Below are positions 23,904-24,559 of a DNA stretch of 24,559 nt, one piece after another. Position 1 is the stretch's first letter. Every line of letters starts with the position of its first letter. Location: IMG/VR virus record IMGVR_UViG_3300048852_000012, positions 1-24,559 of that record; one strand, written 5' to 3'. The position numbers and the translations under genes were made by a program. The notes under the pieces were generated by a model. It had not been told where the DNA came from. It searched no databases and was given only the letters and a program-made list of their open reading frames with translations. The stretch comes from a virus. Lineage: Duplodnaviria; Caudoviricetes.

Positions 23904-24559
23904 TCATCGGGTCTGCGCCTTGCTCCGAAAAGCTTCAGCGACCTCGATCAGCTTGTCGCCCTTGCTGCTGTTGCACCCGAGGTGTGCGCTCTGCACGTTG
24001 GCCATGGTGTGGGATCCGCCTCGGGACAACGGGATGATGTGGTCGATGCTGGGGCTCTTGGAGTGCGGCCATGTGGTGCTCGGGTCAATGGGCTCGTGGC
24101 AGAGCTGACAAGTCCAGCCGTCTCGGGTGTGAACGTCGAGAGGCGCGAACATCTCGTCGGTTCGAGCCTGCGCTACGAGCGCTCGCCTGCGCGCGTCGTA
24201 GGCTGCGGCCCGTTCTGGGTACTGCTTTCGCCAGTGCCCGTGCGTCTGCCGACGCCTGAGGGTGGCAGCCCGCTGGGACTCCGGGTACTGACTGTGGGGC
24301 CATGCGCCGTGCTCGGCGTAGTAGTTACGGTTCCAATGCCGCATGCGCTCAGCGTTGAAGGCCCGCCTACATTCGGGCTGGCCACATTGCTTGCGCGTGG
24401 GATTGTCCATGGGGGCAGCACAGTGCGGGCACGGGCGTGCGTTGGCTTGCCGCTGCCGCCGGGTCCTTTCCCGGGCGGCAGCCAGTTCGGCTTCGTACCG
24501 CCCGTCGACAAGGGTGCGCTCGTACTTGACGGCGGCCCGGCAGGCGCCGGAGCAGTAGA
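23904..24559 (-). CDS. HNH endonuclease with N-terminal Cys motifs; 5' end outside the window
   Basis: The frame is open to the window edge (YCSGACR...CPHC...CGQPEC). C-terminal RDGWTCQLC...SIDHIIPLSRGGSHTMANVQSAHLGCNSSKG. Confidence 0.9.
   Translation of the reverse strand, partial: YCSGACRAAVKYERTLVDGRYEAELAAARERTRRQRQANARPCPHCAAPMDNPTRKQCGQPECRRAFNAERMRHWNRNYYAEHGAWPHSQYPESQRAATLRRRQTHGHWRKQYPERAAAYDARRRALVAQARTDEMFAPLDVHTRDGWTCQLCHEPIDPSTTWPHSKSPSIDHIIPLSRGGSHTMANVQSAHLGCNSSKGDKLIEVAEAFRSKAQTR

Larger units (their letters stand above)
1377..24559 (-). mobile_element. Siphovirus-type (pro)phage packaging, head, tail and lysis module
   Basis: Complete canonical gene order with translational coupling and no visible disruptions. 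No att site or integrase in the window. The element probably extends past both coordinates given. Confidence 0.95.

Overview
A GC-rich (Streptomyces-like) siphovirus or prophage late region. It runs on the minus strand from right to left: HNH endonuclease (cut off by the window edge), a candidate packaging-origin region, small and large terminase, portal, MuF/VG15-like head protein, scaffold, major capsid, a GT-B glycosyltransferase coupled to the capsid gene, head-tail connectors, major tail tube, tail assembly chaperones with a GGGAAAG -1 frameshift, tape measure with an NlpC/P60-type C-terminus, minor tail proteins, amidase endolysin, holin and accessory membrane proteins. A reverse-oriented DUF4429-like gene interrupts the connector genes. 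Beyond the late terminator lies accessory cargo: a membrane-anchored DUF4352-like gene, then a Ro60/TROVE gene (absent from the ORF track, running off the left edge) preceded by a permuted tRNA-mimic Y RNA (YrlA type). The main highlights are the Ro60/Y RNA module, a probable virion glycosylation system (capsid and tail tube both end in Gly-Ser), and repeated RNA hairpin motifs at translation starts. Family names come from motif recognition and gene order, not from database searches.
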